Assembly (NCBI GenBank): GCA_040218735.1
Contig: JAVJQW010000063.1
Span: 33,345 to 97,344 of the forward strand
Source: Deltaproteobacteria bacterium
GTDB taxonomy: Bacteria > Myxococcota > Kuafuiibacteriia > Kuafuiibacteriales > Kuafuiibacteriaceae
Length of the DNA: 64,000 nt
Direction of reading: 5' to 3'
In this document: positions 46,462 through 58,299 of the stretch, one piece after another
Layout of the letters: every line of letters begins with the position of its first letter
How positions within the stretch are numbered: the stretch's first letter is position 1
The notes under the pieces: generated by a model
The model's input: the letters and a program-made list of their open reading frames with translations, nothing else
Database searches by the model: none
Told to the model about the DNA's origin: nothing
Position numbers and translations under genes: made by a program

Positions 46462-48423
46462 ATGCGAATGCACCATGCCGTCCTCGGGTCACTCCTCCTA
46501 TCGGGTTGCGTCGGCGAGACGCTGGATCTCACCGGAGAGGGCGGAGAGACCGCGACGGCGTTGGCGTCGCTGACGGTCGAGACCTCGGTGTCTCCGTCGA
46601 GGTGGGGATCGACGCCCTCGATGGCAATCCTGGGCAGCGGGCCCGACGCCCGCGTTCAGATGCTCGACGCCCAGGGACGCACGGTCTTCGACCAACCCGG
46701 CGTGCCGCCGTTCGCGGTGACGATCGCGGTGAGTCCGGGGCGCCACTGGACGAAGCTCGGCGTGCGTTCCGAGCAGGTCGTGTTCGAGGATCGGCGTGCG
46801 CAGTACTCGAATGAACCCATCGACGTCTCGGGTCGATTCATCGACATGCCTGCCGGGGACTCGGTGCAGGTCCTCGTGCTCGACGGAGCGGAGTCACACC
46901 ACGTGACCGACCTTCGTTTGGAGGCGGACGGAAGCTACACGTTCAAGGTCGGGGACGAGCTGTTCGGTCCGGCGGTGATCGTCGCGACGGTGCTGCGCGA
47001 TCGAGACCCGATCGCGCACGGCGTCGGAGCGCTCGACCTCGCGACGAATCGAGCCGACGTGGTGTTCGACCATCTCGTCAGCAAGACGGCGGACATCGTG
47101 GTCGAGGGCGTCGCGGAAGGCCTCACCGGGGCGCTCGTCCGAGCCGGCTTCGGCATCGAAGACCTCGTTCGTTACACGGACTACGTCCCCGAAGGGCACG
47201 ACTACCGGGCCGTCCCTCGGCTCCCCGTCCCCGAGTCCGCTTTTGCGTCGTTCGAGACGTACGTCGCCATCGATGGGCTCCCGTCGCGGCGACGACAGGC
47301 GGGCCAGTGGCCGGTGCGCGCCGACGGGAGCGTCGAGGCGCTCCAGCTTCTGGAGCTGCCGACCCTCGGGTTGGACGTGGGGTCCACGGCGTCGGCCGTC
47401 CGGTACGACGAGGTCCCGACGATTCGATACGAGCTCCCGTCCGGCGCCGAAGGGACCGTGGTGATCGCGGAGGCGCTCATCACGGAGGTGCTGCTTGAGG
47501 AGCAGTGCCGGTCGCTCGAGTGGCGGATCGACGTCGACCCGCTCAAGCGTGAGCTCGACATCCCCGAGCTGCCCTTCGTCCCGGGGTTGCGTGCGCTCCC
47601 GCGTGGCGTCCCGCTGACCGTCGAGCTCGAGGCGCGCAAGGACGACCGTGTGTCCGCCACCTCCGGTACGGTGATCTTCGGAGGCACGCCCGACTGCGCC
47701 AACCACGAACCGCTGCCCGAGTGGGCGGTGGGTTCGTACGTCCACAACCCGGCGGAGGGGTGCTGGCTCCATCGCTTCACTGTTTCGGCGTGTGGTGAGT
47801 ACCGCGCGGAGTACGATGTCATCGGCGTCGTCGTTCACGACTGCGGGTACTTGAACAGCGATCCCAACCGCGACCTGCTCGAGTTCACGACCCTGATCGG
47901 CTCCGGCGGGACCTTCGACTTTCACCCCGCGGACATCGCGTTCGACATGTCCGTTTCCGAGCAGGGCCGTCCGCACGTCAAGGTGGGGGCCCTCGAATCC
48001 GCGTCGGTGCCGAACGCGATCGTCGGGCGGTGGGTGGTCGACCGCATCACGTCCGTGCTCGTCGACGTCCCGGACGACACCCCCCTCGCCGGTGACTTCC
48101 TGCCCGACGAAGCGATCTCGGCCCAGGGGCACTTCGAGATCGACCACCGCGGTCAGCTCTTCGCGAGCCGCAACGACTTCGGGAGCCCGCGCGGTGCGAT
48201 TACGTCCTGGTCGAACGGCACGGGGACGGTTCAGTACATGAACAACGCGGGCATGTGTTCATCGGTGGATCGGAGCGCTCGGCTTTCGATGATCGACGCG
48301 GAGCACCTCGTGCTCGAGCGTATCGAGCGCCTGCCCGACAGCTACGACCGCGATGGCGACGGCGCGACCGATGACATCGTCGCGTACGAGCGCCGGATGT
48401 TCCTGGTCCCGTTCAGCCTTTGA
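46462..48423 (+). CDS. Hypothetical beta-rich lipoprotein
   Basis: MRMHHAVLGSLLLSGC lipobox; C-terminal DRDGDGATDD, a possible Ca-binding loop. Confidence 0.7.
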   Translation: MRMHHAVLGSLLLSGCVGETLDLTGEGGETATALASLTVETSVSPSRWGSTPSMAILGSGPDARVQMLDAQGRTVFDQPGVPPFAVTIAVSPGRHWTKLGVRSEQVVFEDRRAQYSNEPIDVSGRFIDMPAGDSVQVLVLDGAESHHVTDLRLEADGSYTFKVGDELFGPAVIVATVLRDRDPIAHGVGALDLATNRADVVFDHLVSKTADIVVEGVAEGLTGALVRAGFGIEDLVRYTDYVPEGHDYRAVPRLPVPESAFASFETYVAIDGLPSRRRQAGQWPVRADGSVEALQLLELPTLGLDVGSTASAVRYDEVPTIRYELPSGAEGTVVIAEALITEVLLEEQCRSLEWRIDVDPLKRELDIPELPFVPGLRALPRGVPLTVELEARKDDRVSATSGTVIFGGTPDCANHEPLPEWAVGSYVHNPAEGCWLHRFTVSACGEYRAEYDVIGVVVHDCGYLNSDPNRDLLEFTTLIGSGGTFDFHPADIAFDMSVSEQGRPHVKVGALESASVPNAIVGRWVVDRITSVLVDVPDDTPLAGDFLPDEAISAQGHFEIDHRGQLFASRNDFGSPRGAITSWSNGTGTVQYMNNAGMCSSVDRSARLSMIDAEHLVLERIERLPDSYDRDGDGATDDIVAYERRMFLVPFSL

Positions 48424-49252
48424 CGCCGCCGGCGGTGAGCCCGCCGACGAGGTGTTTCTGGAGCGCGAAGAACAGCGCCATCACGGGCACACTCACGAGG
48501 ATCGCGCCGGCCGCAAAATAACCCCAGTCACTCGAGAACTGGCCGACGAGGAGCTTGAGTCCGACGGGGAGGGTGTAGCTGCTCTCGCTGTTCATGAACA
48601 TCGCGGCGAGGATGAACTCGTTCCACGCGGTCATGAACGAAAACAGCGCGGTGACACTCACCGCCGGTAAACTCAGCGGGAGCATGATGCGCCAGAAGAT
48701 CATCGAGGTGGTGGCGCCGTCCATGAGTGCGGCTTCTTCCAGCTCCTTCGGGATCGTGTCGAAGTAACCTTTGAGCATCCACACGCAGAAGGGGATCGCG
48801 GTGGTCGCGTAGACGAGCACGAGGCCGATGAGTTGGTCGAGCAGACCGAGCGCGTCGACGATGTAATAGAGCGGAATCATCATCATCACGCCCGGGAACA
48901 TCTGCGTGACGAGGAACGACAGCATCGCCGTCGCGCGGCCGGGGAAGCGGAACCGCGAGAGCGCGTAGGCGCTGGTGCAGGCGAGGAAGACACCGAGGAT
49001 GGTCGTCGCCAGCGAGACGAGCGCGCTGTTGAAGAGCCAGGTGAGGAACGGCAGCTCGAACACCAGGTGCTCGAAGTTTGCGAGTGATGGGTTCGGCGGA
49101 ATGGGGCTGAGCGAAGTGTCGAACCCTTGTGAGGGCGTGAGCGCCATCTTCACGACCCACAGCACGGGGTACATTACGACGAACGCCGAGAACGCGAGGA
49201 AGGCCATCTTCGCGAGGCGGCCGGGGCTCCAGGGGCTGCCGGTCTCGTTCAT
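48413..49252 (-). CDS. malG: Maltose/maltodextrin ABC permease MalG-like
   Basis: TQMFPG, KGYFDTIPKELEEAALMDGA (EAA loop) and GGLTAGGVKG. Confidence 0.92.
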   Translation of the reverse strand: MNETGSPWSPGRLAKMAFLAFSAFVVMYPVLWVVKMALTPSQGFDTSLSPIPPNPSLANFEHLVFELPFLTWLFNSALVSLATTILGVFLACTSAYALSRFRFPGRATAMLSFLVTQMFPGVMMMIPLYYIVDALGLLDQLIGLVLVYATTAIPFCVWMLKGYFDTIPKELEEAALMDGATTSMIFWRIMLPLSLPAVSVTALFSFMTAWNEFILAAMFMNSESSYTLPVGLKLLVGQFSSDWGYFAAGAILVSVPVMALFFALQKHLVGGLTAGGVKG

Positions 49253-51236
49253 TCGAAGGCCCCCTTCGTCGCGCCGGTGATGCGGTTGGTGGTCATCGAG
49301 AAGAGCAGGAGCACGCCAAAGATGACCGTGGAGTAGGCGGCGGCGTAGCCCCACCGATCACGTTCGAAGGCCCAGCGGAACGCCTCGGTGATCAGGATGT
49401 CGGTGGCGCCGTTCGGCTGCCCCTCGGAGACCAGGTAGATGATGTTGAAGTTGTTGAAGGTCCACACCGTCCCGACGATGACGGCGGGGACGAGGGCCGG
49501 CATGAGCAGAGGGAGAGTGATGTTCTTGAAGCGCTGCCACCGCGAGGCGCCGTCGACGATCGCGGCTTCGTAGAGATCGGAGGGGATGCTCTGCAGCGCG
49601 CCGAGTGAGACGACCATCATGAACGGGAACCCGAGCCAGACGTTGGTCGCAAGGTTCGCGGAGAACGCGGGCCAGAAGGTTTGGAACCACGAGATGGGTT
49701 CGAAACCCATCGTCTCCAGCGCGAAGTTGATGGCGCCGAACTGCCGGTGGAACATGCCTTTCCAGATCAGCGCGGTGATGTAGTTCGGGACTGCCCAGGG
49801 GATGATGAGTAGGACGCGAAAGACGCCACGCGCCTTGAGCATCTTGTCGTTGAGGAGCAGCGCGAAGAACAGGCCGATGACCACGTGGAGCGTGACGTTT
49901 GCGAACGTCCACCAGATCGTGACGATGAGTGTGAAGTAGAAGTTTCGTGGGTCGGAGAGATCGAAGTCCGAGAGGATCGAAGCAAAGTTACCGAGCCCGA
50001 TGAACGTCAGCTCGTTGTACTGACGCTGCATGAACCCCAGCACGATGCCGAACGTGACCGGGACGAAGACGAGCACCAGCATCCCGACGCCCGCGGGGAG
50101 CATGTACGCGTAGGCGGTGCGGTGATCTACGGCGGCGCGCCAGCCGCGGTAGAGGCGGCCCGCGAGGCCGAGGTTGAAGACGAGCAAACCGAAGGCGCCG
50201 AAGATCACTCCCCACCCGGTGAGCGCGCCTCGGTCGTTGTCGGGTGAGCGCCAGCTGCTGGCGAAGGTCACGGTCGCCGGGACACTCGTGACCTCGTTCT
50301 GACCGATGAGGTGCGCGCGGGGATCTCGGATCTCGTTGGTGCCATCCTTGGGGAGGAGGTCCTCGATGGACGGACGCGCGACGGTCGACGAACGCACTTC
50401 GAGGACGTGGTGCTCGACGACGCCGTGGTCGGAGCGGTTCACCGCGGCGAGCGCTGCGCTCTTCTCGTCGCGGGTGGCCTCCGCGAACCATCCGGCCGCC
50501 CAGAGCTTCCCGATGGTCTCGGCTTCGAGCGCGAGGTGCGCGTCTCGTTCGACGGCGCGGTGGTCGATCACCAGCCCGACCTGCGCCGCGACCACCGCGA
50601 GGAGCACGAGGCTCCCCGCCGCGTGCGCCGCGACGCCCTCGACCTTCCACGTGATCCCTGCGAACACGAACACGCCGAGGAGCGCTGCGAGGACGACCGT
50701 CCATGGCAGCCCCGAAGCCGGCGGGTCCGCCTTCATGCGCACCGCGGTCATCGCGCGGAAGCGATCGTCTACGACGACCGGCGCGCGCACCGTGGTCTCG
50801 CTCTCGAGGCGGTCGACCTCGATCTCCGGGTACGGGCTGCGTTCGATCTTCGGGTTCTTGGCGCGCTCCTCTTCGTTTTTGTCGAGCGTCGCCTTCAGGC
50901 GCTTCGCGGTGTCGTAGAGCGCCTTGTCGGCGAGGCTGTCGCGGTCGAGGCGTTTTCCGCTCCGCTCCGGATCGCTGTGCGCGACGAACTTGGTGTTCTT
51001 GAGCACCGCGATCGACTCGACCCTGCCGAACCCCTTCGCGACGTTGTCCACGAAGGTCGCGACGTCGGCGTCGCGCACGACGTTCTCACCCGCCATCCAC
51101 GCGACGGCGCGGGCGATCTGCTTCGCGCGGAGGATGTCGGCTTCTTCGGCGGCGTGGGTTCCGCGTGCGCCTTCCAGCGCGAGGAACGTGACCGACACGA
51201 GCGCTGCGGCGCCGGCGAAGTAGGCGACGCGTGTCT

Positions 51237-51240
<4 letters not shown>
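49249..51240 (-). CDS. malF: Maltose/maltodextrin ABC permease MalF-like with a large N-terminal extension
   Basis: IIPWAVP, WLGFPFMM...LQSIPSDLYEAAIVDGA, FNNFNIIYL and TDILIT. Confidence 0.9.
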
Positions 51241-52301
<1,061 letters not shown>

Positions 52302-52309
52302 TTTCGGCG

Positions 52310-53506
52310 CTACCGTCGTGCTGTCTTCACCAGCTTGGCAACCTCGTCCTGCGTCGCCTTCATCGTCGACGCGGCGTCCGCCTTCTGGTTGATGATCTTG
52401 TTCATCGCCGCCGTGACCGGCGACCACACCATCCGCATCGCGGGGGTGTTCGGCGTGGGCCGCGACACGGCGAGCTGCTTCTTGAACACGGCGAGCACCG
52501 GGTCGTTCTTCACCTTCGCGTTGGCGTAGGCCGCCTTGTTCGCGGTGGGCTGCCGACCGATCGTCGCCATCGTCACCGCTGCGTCCACGCCGGTGAAGTA
52601 GGTCATCACCGCGAACGCCGCCTTCTTGTCCTTCGCCTTTGCGCTCATCATCAGGCCGTCGGCCGTGAGGAACGGGCGCGCGGGTTTACCGCCGGCGTCC
52701 ACGATCTTCGGCAGGGGAGCGACGCCCCACTTCACCTTCTTGTCGATCTCCCCGATGAACCAAGGCCCGTTGACCACGAACGCGGCCTTGCCCTGGTTGA
52801 ACAGCGAGGTGACGAGCGTCGACGTCACCTCCTGTGGCATCACGCCCGAACCGTGCGCGAGCTTCTGCGCGAACTTCATCGAGTCGATGACCTGCGGCGA
52901 AGCGAGGGTGGGTTTGCCGCGTTTGTCGAACACCGCGCCGCCGAAGCCTTGCAGCCACGTGCCCTGGTACCAAAAGCTCGTGTTCTCGTAGACGAGCCCG
53001 AACTTACCGCCCTTGGTGACCTTCTTCGCCTCGGCGATCAGCTCGTCCGTCGTGGTCGGCGCCTTCTTTACGAGGCCCTTGTTGTAGAAGAGCGCGAGTG
53101 TCTTGAACGCCATCGGCAGACCGTAGATCTGATCGTCGTAGGTCAGCGCTTCGAGCGTCGGCTCCAGGAACTGGTCGCGGGTCTCGTCGGTCACCCAGAA
53201 GTCGATCGCCTCGATCGTCTGGCTCGCCGCCCAGTCGCCGAGCCGATCCTGCGCGAAGATGAAGAGGTCCGGCCCCTTCCCTCGCGGGATGGCCGCGGTG
53301 ATCTTGTCGCCGAACGCGTCGTACGGGATCGCGACGAGCTCGACTTCGACGTCGCCCTGCGACTTGTTGAAGTCCGCCGCGACCTTCTCGAGCGCCTTCT
53401 TCTCCGTCGCGCGGTAGGCATGCCACAGCACGACCTTCGTCTTCGCGACGGCGGGGGCCGCGAACATCGTCGCGGCGAGAGCAAATGCGAGGGTTCGAAG
53501 TTTCAT
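52310..53506 (-). CDS. malE: Maltose/maltodextrin-binding protein
   Basis: Signal peptide; GPDLFIFAQD.LG.W, YGLP...LFYNK, NGPW and PNTPAMRMVW. Confidence 0.88.
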   Translation of the reverse strand: MKLRTLAFALAATMFAAPAVAKTKVVLWHAYRATEKKALEKVAADFNKSQGDVEVELVAIPYDAFGDKITAAIPRGKGPDLFIFAQDRLGDWAASQTIEAIDFWVTDETRDQFLEPTLEALTYDDQIYGLPMAFKTLALFYNKGLVKKAPTTTDELIAEAKKVTKGGKFGLVYENTSFWYQGTWLQGFGGAVFDKRGKPTLASPQVIDSMKFAQKLAHGSGVMPQEVTSTLVTSLFNQGKAAFVVNGPWFIGEIDKKVKWGVAPLPKIVDAGGKPARPFLTADGLMMSAKAKDKKAAFAVMTYFTGVDAAVTMATIGRQPTANKAAYANAKVKNDPVLAVFKKQLAVSRPTPNTPAMRMVWSPVTAAMNKIINQKADAASTMKATQDEVAKLVKTARR

Positions 53507-53509
53507 CGT

Positions 53510-54385
53510 TCAGCTCCCCGGGTACACGAGCGGGACGACCGCGAGGTCCTGCGCCTTCGGCTCGGTCGCGTCCTTGTTGTACTTCGCGAGCACCGCGTGC
53601 TGCGCGTCCTTCTCGGCGCTGTCACCCTTCGCGGGCGCCATGAAGATGTCGATCACGTGCGGGTCGTTGTCGTAGTCGGTGCCGCCGCCGAAGCGGTGCT
53701 CGCCCTCGTACTCGTTCACCTTGCGCGTGAGGAGGTCGTTGCCCTCCGGGTAGCCCTCGTTCGCCTGCATGAGGACCTGGTAGCCCCACGTCGCCGAAGG
53801 CGTGCCGCCGAGCTCCTTGGTGTCGACGACCGCGATGATCTTCTTACCCGTCGCGCGCGTCTGCTTCGGGATGACCACGCGCTGCGCGACGTACGCCGCC
53901 TTCGACTGCACCTCGGTGTTGAGACGCGCCGTGCCCTGCGGGCTGAGGATGACGACCTTGTCCCACGCTTCCTTCTCGTCGAAGCGCACGTTCGTCCCGG
54001 GCAGACCGACGACCTCACCGGAGCCGGGCGCGTGATCGGTGTCGATGTGCACGAACGCCATCTGCAGGCTGAACCCATTCCCGTTCCAGGCCTTGCTGTC
54101 CCACGGGTCATCGATTCGACGGTTCACCGTGAGGTGGAATTCGACGACGTCACCCTTCGGGATGATCTCCAGCTTCCGCATGTCGAAGCTGCCCGGCGTG
54201 TAGTCCGTCTTCGTCGGGTAGATGTACGTACCCGGGCCGTTGTCGTCCCCGCTCGGGTCCATTAGCGTGATGCGACCGTCGGCCGCCTCCTCCGCCGCGC
54301 CGCCGCCGCCCGCGCCGCCGGACTTGCACCCCAGCGCCGCGGCGCAGAGGGTCGTCAAAGTGAGCATCCCAACCCGGTTCGTCAT
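53510..54385 (-). CDS. Glucodextranase C-terminal DOMON-like (CBM9-like) lipoprotein
   Basis: Lipobox ALGC; DPSGDDNGPGTYIYPT...FD...PW...GFSLQ...IDTD. Confidence 0.85.
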   Translation of the reverse strand: MTNRVGMLTLTTLCAAALGCKSGGAGGGGAAEEAADGRITLMDPSGDDNGPGTYIYPTKTDYTPGSFDMRKLEIIPKGDVVEFHLTVNRRIDDPWDSKAWNGNGFSLQMAFVHIDTDHAPGSGEVVGLPGTNVRFDEKEAWDKVVILSPQGTARLNTEVQSKAAYVAQRVVIPKQTRATGKKIIAVVDTKELGGTPSATWGYQVLMQANEGYPEGNDLLTRKVNEYEGEHRFGGGTDYDNDPHVIDIFMAPAKGDSAEKDAQHAVLAKYNKDATEPKAQDLAVVPLVYPGS

Positions 54386-54480
54386 GGTGCGCGGCAAGGC
54401 GCCACGGCCCACCAAATTTAGTCAATCAGTTTTGAGACACGTTTTCGGCGACCGCCGGTTCAGGGGGCTCGAGGGCCGTC

Positions 54481-56055
54481 GTGCGTAGGCTCGGATCGCT
54501 TTTGTTCTTCGTGGGTTGCGCGGCGTGTGCCGGCCGCGCCGAGCCCCGCGCACCGGCCTCGGACGTCCGACCGACCCCGTTCACCTCGACTGAACGCACC
54601 GCGTCATCGCAGGCGCGGCGCTGGTGGTACGACGCGACCTTCTACGAGGTCTTCGTTCGCAGCTTCGCGGACGCGGACGGCGACGGCGTGGGCGACTTCG
54701 ACGGCCTCACCGCGCACCTCGACGACCTCACGGCGCTCGGCGTCGACGCGCTGTGGCTCATGCCCATCCACCCCTCGCCGAGTTACCACGGCTACGACGT
54801 CGTCGATTACCGCGCGGTGCATCCGGACTACGGCGGCGACGCAGCGTTCGATCGTTTCATGGTCGCCGCGAAGCAAGCTGGCTTGCGCGTGGTGATCGAC
54901 TTCGTGATGAACCACAGTTCGACGGAGCACCCGTGGTTTCGCGCGGCGCGCGCCGGGCCGACCGCGCCGACGTCCGACTACTACCTGTGGCGCGACACGA
55001 TGCCGACGAAGGGGTTCGTGCGCCCGTGGGACGGCGCGCCCGCGTGGCACGCGTTGGGCGACCGCTACTACTACGCGTTGTTCTGGAGCGGGATGCCGGA
55101 TCTGAACCTCGGCAACCCAAAGGTCGAGGCCGAGCTCGTCGGCGCGATGCAGAGCTGGATCGATCGGGGCGTCGACGGCTTCCGCGTGGACGCCGCGCGG
55201 CACTTCTTCGAAACGGAGGACGGCGTCATCGTCGATGCACCCGAGACGTTCGAGTTTGTGAAGCGCATTCATTCGAAGGTGGACGCGCTCCTGATCGCGG
55301 AGGCGTGGGCTTCGGTGGAGCAGGTCGCGCCCTACGCCGACGGCTTCGATCTCGCGTTTGGTTTCGACACCGCGGGTGCGATCAAGACCGCGCTGCGCGA
55401 TGGCGCACGCGCGGAGATCGTCCAGACGCTCGCCCGCGCGAAGAAGACCTACGCGCCGACCTACGAAGCGCCGTTCCTCTCGAACCACGACATGCCGCGC
55501 GTGATGCGGACGCTCGACGACGAACGCAAGATGCGCGTCGCCGCCGCGCTCCTGTTCGCGATGTCCGGCACGCCGTTCGTCTACTACGGCGAGGAGATCG
55601 GCATGCGCGGCGGCCCGAACCCGGACGACCGCGACAAACGCACGCCGATGCGCTGGACCGGCGAGGCCCCCGGCTTCGGCTTCACGACCGGGACGCCGTG
55701 GCACCAGGCCGAGGAGGTACCGGGCGTCGACGTCGCGACGCAGCGACGCGACCCCGACTCACTCTGGAACCTCTACCGCCGCCTCATCGCGCTGAGGAAG
55801 GAACACCCCGCGATGCGCGGCGCCGTCGAGGTGCACCGCGTCGGCGGGGGCCGCGGCGTCATCGTGCTGGAGAAACGCCTCGGCGAGGAGTCGATCCTCT
55901 TCGTCGCAAACGTCCACGACGGTCCCAGCGAAGCGTTCACGCTCGAACACAAAGGCGAGCCGAAAGCCCTCCTCACCGAAGGCATCGCCGCGCCGAAGTC
56001 CTGGCGCTTCGACGCGCTCCCCCCGCTGTCGTTTGGTTTCTTCCGCGCGGATTAG
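54481..56055 (+). CDS. GH13 alpha-amylase, probably a lipoprotein
   Basis: YEVFVRSFADADGDGVGD, SYHGYDV, DFVMNH, DGFRVDAARH, AEAW, FLSNHD and YYGEEIGM. Confidence 0.95.
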   Translation: MRRLGSLLFFVGCAACAGRAEPRAPASDVRPTPFTSTERTASSQARRWWYDATFYEVFVRSFADADGDGVGDFDGLTAHLDDLTALGVDALWLMPIHPSPSYHGYDVVDYRAVHPDYGGDAAFDRFMVAAKQAGLRVVIDFVMNHSSTEHPWFRAARAGPTAPTSDYYLWRDTMPTKGFVRPWDGAPAWHALGDRYYYALFWSGMPDLNLGNPKVEAELVGAMQSWIDRGVDGFRVDAARHFFETEDGVIVDAPETFEFVKRIHSKVDALLIAEAWASVEQVAPYADGFDLAFGFDTAGAIKTALRDGARAEIVQTLARAKKTYAPTYEAPFLSNHDMPRVMRTLDDERKMRVAAALLFAMSGTPFVYYGEEIGMRGGPNPDDRDKRTPMRWTGEAPGFGFTTGTPWHQAEEVPGVDVATQRRDPDSLWNLYRRLIALRKEHPAMRGAVEVHRVGGGRGVIVLEKRLGEESILFVANVHDGPSEAFTLEHKGEPKALLTEGIAAPKSWRFDALPPLSFGFFRAD

Positions 56056-56546
56056 ATCCCGCGTCCGAACAGTCGCAGCGTCAGTGTCTCGTCCCAACAC
56101 CCCGCGCCGAGCACGTCGATCTGGTGCAGCCCTTCGAGCCCACCCGCCGCGGTCGGCGTCATCGTGAGCGTCACGGCGGCCGTCCCGTCCGGTGGGATCC
56201 TCATCGACGATATCTCGAGGATGTCGAACCCGGCCGTCGTGAACGGATGAGACAGCTCGGCGGTGAGGCCGCCCCGGTTCTCGAGGAAGGCGGTCGCGGT
56301 GCTCGTCGTGCCCATCGGCACGTCGCCGAACTCGAGCTGCGCGCGATCGAACATGACCTCCGTGTAGAGGAGCGTCAGCGCCTGCACACCCGCGTCCGGC
56401 CGCACGGGGCACCGCGCGGGGTCGTCGTCGCCGCACCCCGCGAGCGCGACCACCGTCAAGAGCCACGCGGCTCTCGAGGCTGCGCTCCGCCGTCCGGGGG
56501 GAAGCGCGCGAGGTGCCCAGGGGGCGCGGCGTAGCTGCGTGCTCAA
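56052..56546 (-). CDS. Small lipoprotein with a single ASH/Ig-like domain (paralog 2)
   Basis: LAGC lipobox; C..RPDAG; LEFGDVPMGTTST...LENRG...GCW. TTG start overlaps the upstream TGA. Confidence 0.7.
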   Translation of the reverse strand: MSTQLRRAPWAPRALPPGRRSAASRAAWLLTVVALAGCGDDDPARCPVRPDAGVQALTLLYTEVMFDRAQLEFGDVPMGTTSTATAFLENRGGLTAELSHPFTTAGFDILEISSMRIPPDGTAAVTLTMTPTAAGGLEGLHQIDVLGAGCWDETLTLRLFGRGI

Positions 56547-56977
56547 GATCCCGCCCCCCCGAGCACGAGCGTCGCCGTCGTCGACCAACATCCGGCGCGC
56601 TCCCCGTCGATCTGGTGCCCACCTCGAATCGCCTCGGCGACCGTCGGCGTGATCGTCACCTGCACATCGATCTGGTCGTACGCCGGTAGCTCGAACGGAA
56701 GCGCCCGCGGGTACCTGACGTCGAACGCCGCAGTGGTGAGCGGACGCGTCAGCACGGCATCGACGTTCCCGTTGTGCTCCAGCCGAACGGTGCGTGTGCT
56801 CGTGGTTCCCAGCGGTACCTGTCCGAAGTCGAGCACGTCCGGCACGAACTGGAGGTCCACGACCGGCGGCGCCAGCGCGCCGGGGAAGCCGGCGTCGGGT
56901 CGCGTGTCACACAGGTTCATCGGAGTCTCCTCCCCGCACGCCGCGGCCAGCACGACCAGCGCGAAGAGCCGCTTCAC
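56543..56977 (-). CDS. Small lipoprotein with a single ASH/Ig-like domain (paralog 1)
   Basis: AAAC lipobox; C..RPDAG; LDFGQVPLGTTST...HQID...GCW. Confidence 0.75.
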   Translation of the reverse strand: MKRLFALVVLAAACGEETPMNLCDTRPDAGFPGALAPPVVDLQFVPDVLDFGQVPLGTTSTRTVRLEHNGNVDAVLTRPLTTAAFDVRYPRALPFELPAYDQIDVQVTITPTVAEAIRGGHQIDGERAGCWSTTATLVLGGAGS

Positions 56978-58299
56978 CCTTCGATCCCTGCGCGCTTCAT
57001 CAGCGCGTACAGCGCGTTCCGCGACATCCCGGCTTCTCGTGCCGCCGAGCTCACGTTCCCGTCGTGCCTCGCGAGGAGGCCGCGCACGTAGCGCGCTTCG
57101 AACTCTGCGATCACCTGGTCCTTCCGGCTCTTGAAGGTGAGTGCATCCTCGGCCCCATTCTCATCACCAAAAAGATCCACCGCGCTGATCCGCCCCGACT
57201 GCGACAGCGCCACGGCCCGCTCGATCACGTTCCGCAGCTGCCGCGCGTTCCCCGGCCAGTCGTAGGACATCAACGCGTCGACCGCGTCGCGCGTGAGCGT
57301 GATGCGCCCGCCGCTGATGCGCTCGGCGGCGTCGGCCGCGAGGAGCGGCACGTCGTCCGGACGGTCGCGCAGCGCCGGTATCCGCGCGCGTACCACCGCG
57401 ACCCGGTAGAAGACGTCACCGCGGAACTGCCCCTTCGCGACCATCGACTCCAGGTTTCGGTTCGTCGCCGCGACGAAACGAACGTCCACGCGACGATCCT
57501 CCACCGAGCCCAGCCGACGCACGGTGCGGGCCTCCAGAACGCGGAGCAACTTGGGTTGCAGCTCCAGCGGCAGCTCGCCCAGCTCGTCGAGGAACACCGT
57601 GCCGCCGTTCGCCGCTTCGAACGCACCCGCGCGCGCCTCCGACGCGCCGGTGAACGCCCCCTTCTCGTGCCCGAACAGCTGCGACTCGAGCAGCGAATCC
57701 GTGACCGCGCCGCAGTCCACGACGATGAACGGCCCGTCCGCTCGCGCGGAGTGCGCGTGGATGGCGCGCGCCAGCAGCTCCTTGCCGGTGCCCGTCTCAC
57801 CCTCGATCAGCACCGTCGCTTCGGTCGGCGCGACGAGCTTCATCTGCGCGAGCACTCGGCGGGCGCTGTTCGTCTTCGTCTTGAAGTCACCGAACGCCTC
57901 CGCGCCGCCGACGCGCACGCGTTCGTCCTCCGCGCGCACCGCGAGCTCGGTCTTGCCGACGCGGAACGTCCCGCCCGGTGGCACCAGCGCGCGCTCGACG
58001 CGCACGCCGCCGACCTTCGTCCCGTTGCGTGAGCCGAGGTCGACGACGAACACCCCCTCGGGCAGCAGCCGTAGCTCCGCGTGGTAGCGCGAGACGGCGG
58101 GATCACTCAGCGTCAGATCCGCGTCGCGGTGTGCGCCGAGCACGATCGTCCCGCCGCGTCGCTCCATCGACTTGCCCGCGTCGGGTCCGTCGACCACGAC
58201 GACCTTCCACTGGCGCGCGACCAGGTCACCGCTCGCGGAGTCGGTGAGCACCAGCGTCGATGGACGCTTCGACGAACCACTAGAACTGGCAGCAGCCAT
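56974..58299 (-). CDS. FHA-domain sigma54-dependent enhancer-binding protein (FHA-AAA+-Fis HTH)
   Basis: VSRYHA...DLGSRNGT (FHA); [30 protein letters not shown] and a C-terminal HTH. Confidence 0.95.
   Translation of the reverse strand: MAAASSSGSSKRPSTLVLTDSASGDLVARQWKVVVVDGPDAGKSMERRGGTIVLGAHRDADLTLSDPAVSRYHAELRLLPEGVFVVDLGSRNGTKVGGVRVERALVPPGGTFRVGKTELAVRAEDERVRVGGAEAFGDFKTKTNSARRVLAQMKLVAPTEATVLIEGETGTGKELLARAIHAHSARADGPFIVVDCGAVTDSLLESQLFGHEKGAFTGASEARAGAFEAANGGTVFLDELGELPLELQPKLLRVLEARTVRRLGSVEDRRVDVRFVAATNRNLESMVAKGQFRGDVFYRVAVVRARIPALRDRPDDVPLLAADAAERISGGRITLTRDAVDALMSYDWPGNARQLRNVIERAVALSQSGRISAVDLFGDENGAEDALTFKSRKDQVIAEFEARYVRGLLARHDGNVSSAAREAGMSRNALYALMKRAGIEG

Noticed and set aside
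54386-54480. Possible LacI/MalR operator (ACACGTTTTC) and TTGACT -35 box in the divergent maltose promoter region
   Set aside because: Only a half-palindrome, no clear -10 box at the right spacing, and no LacI regulator in the window.
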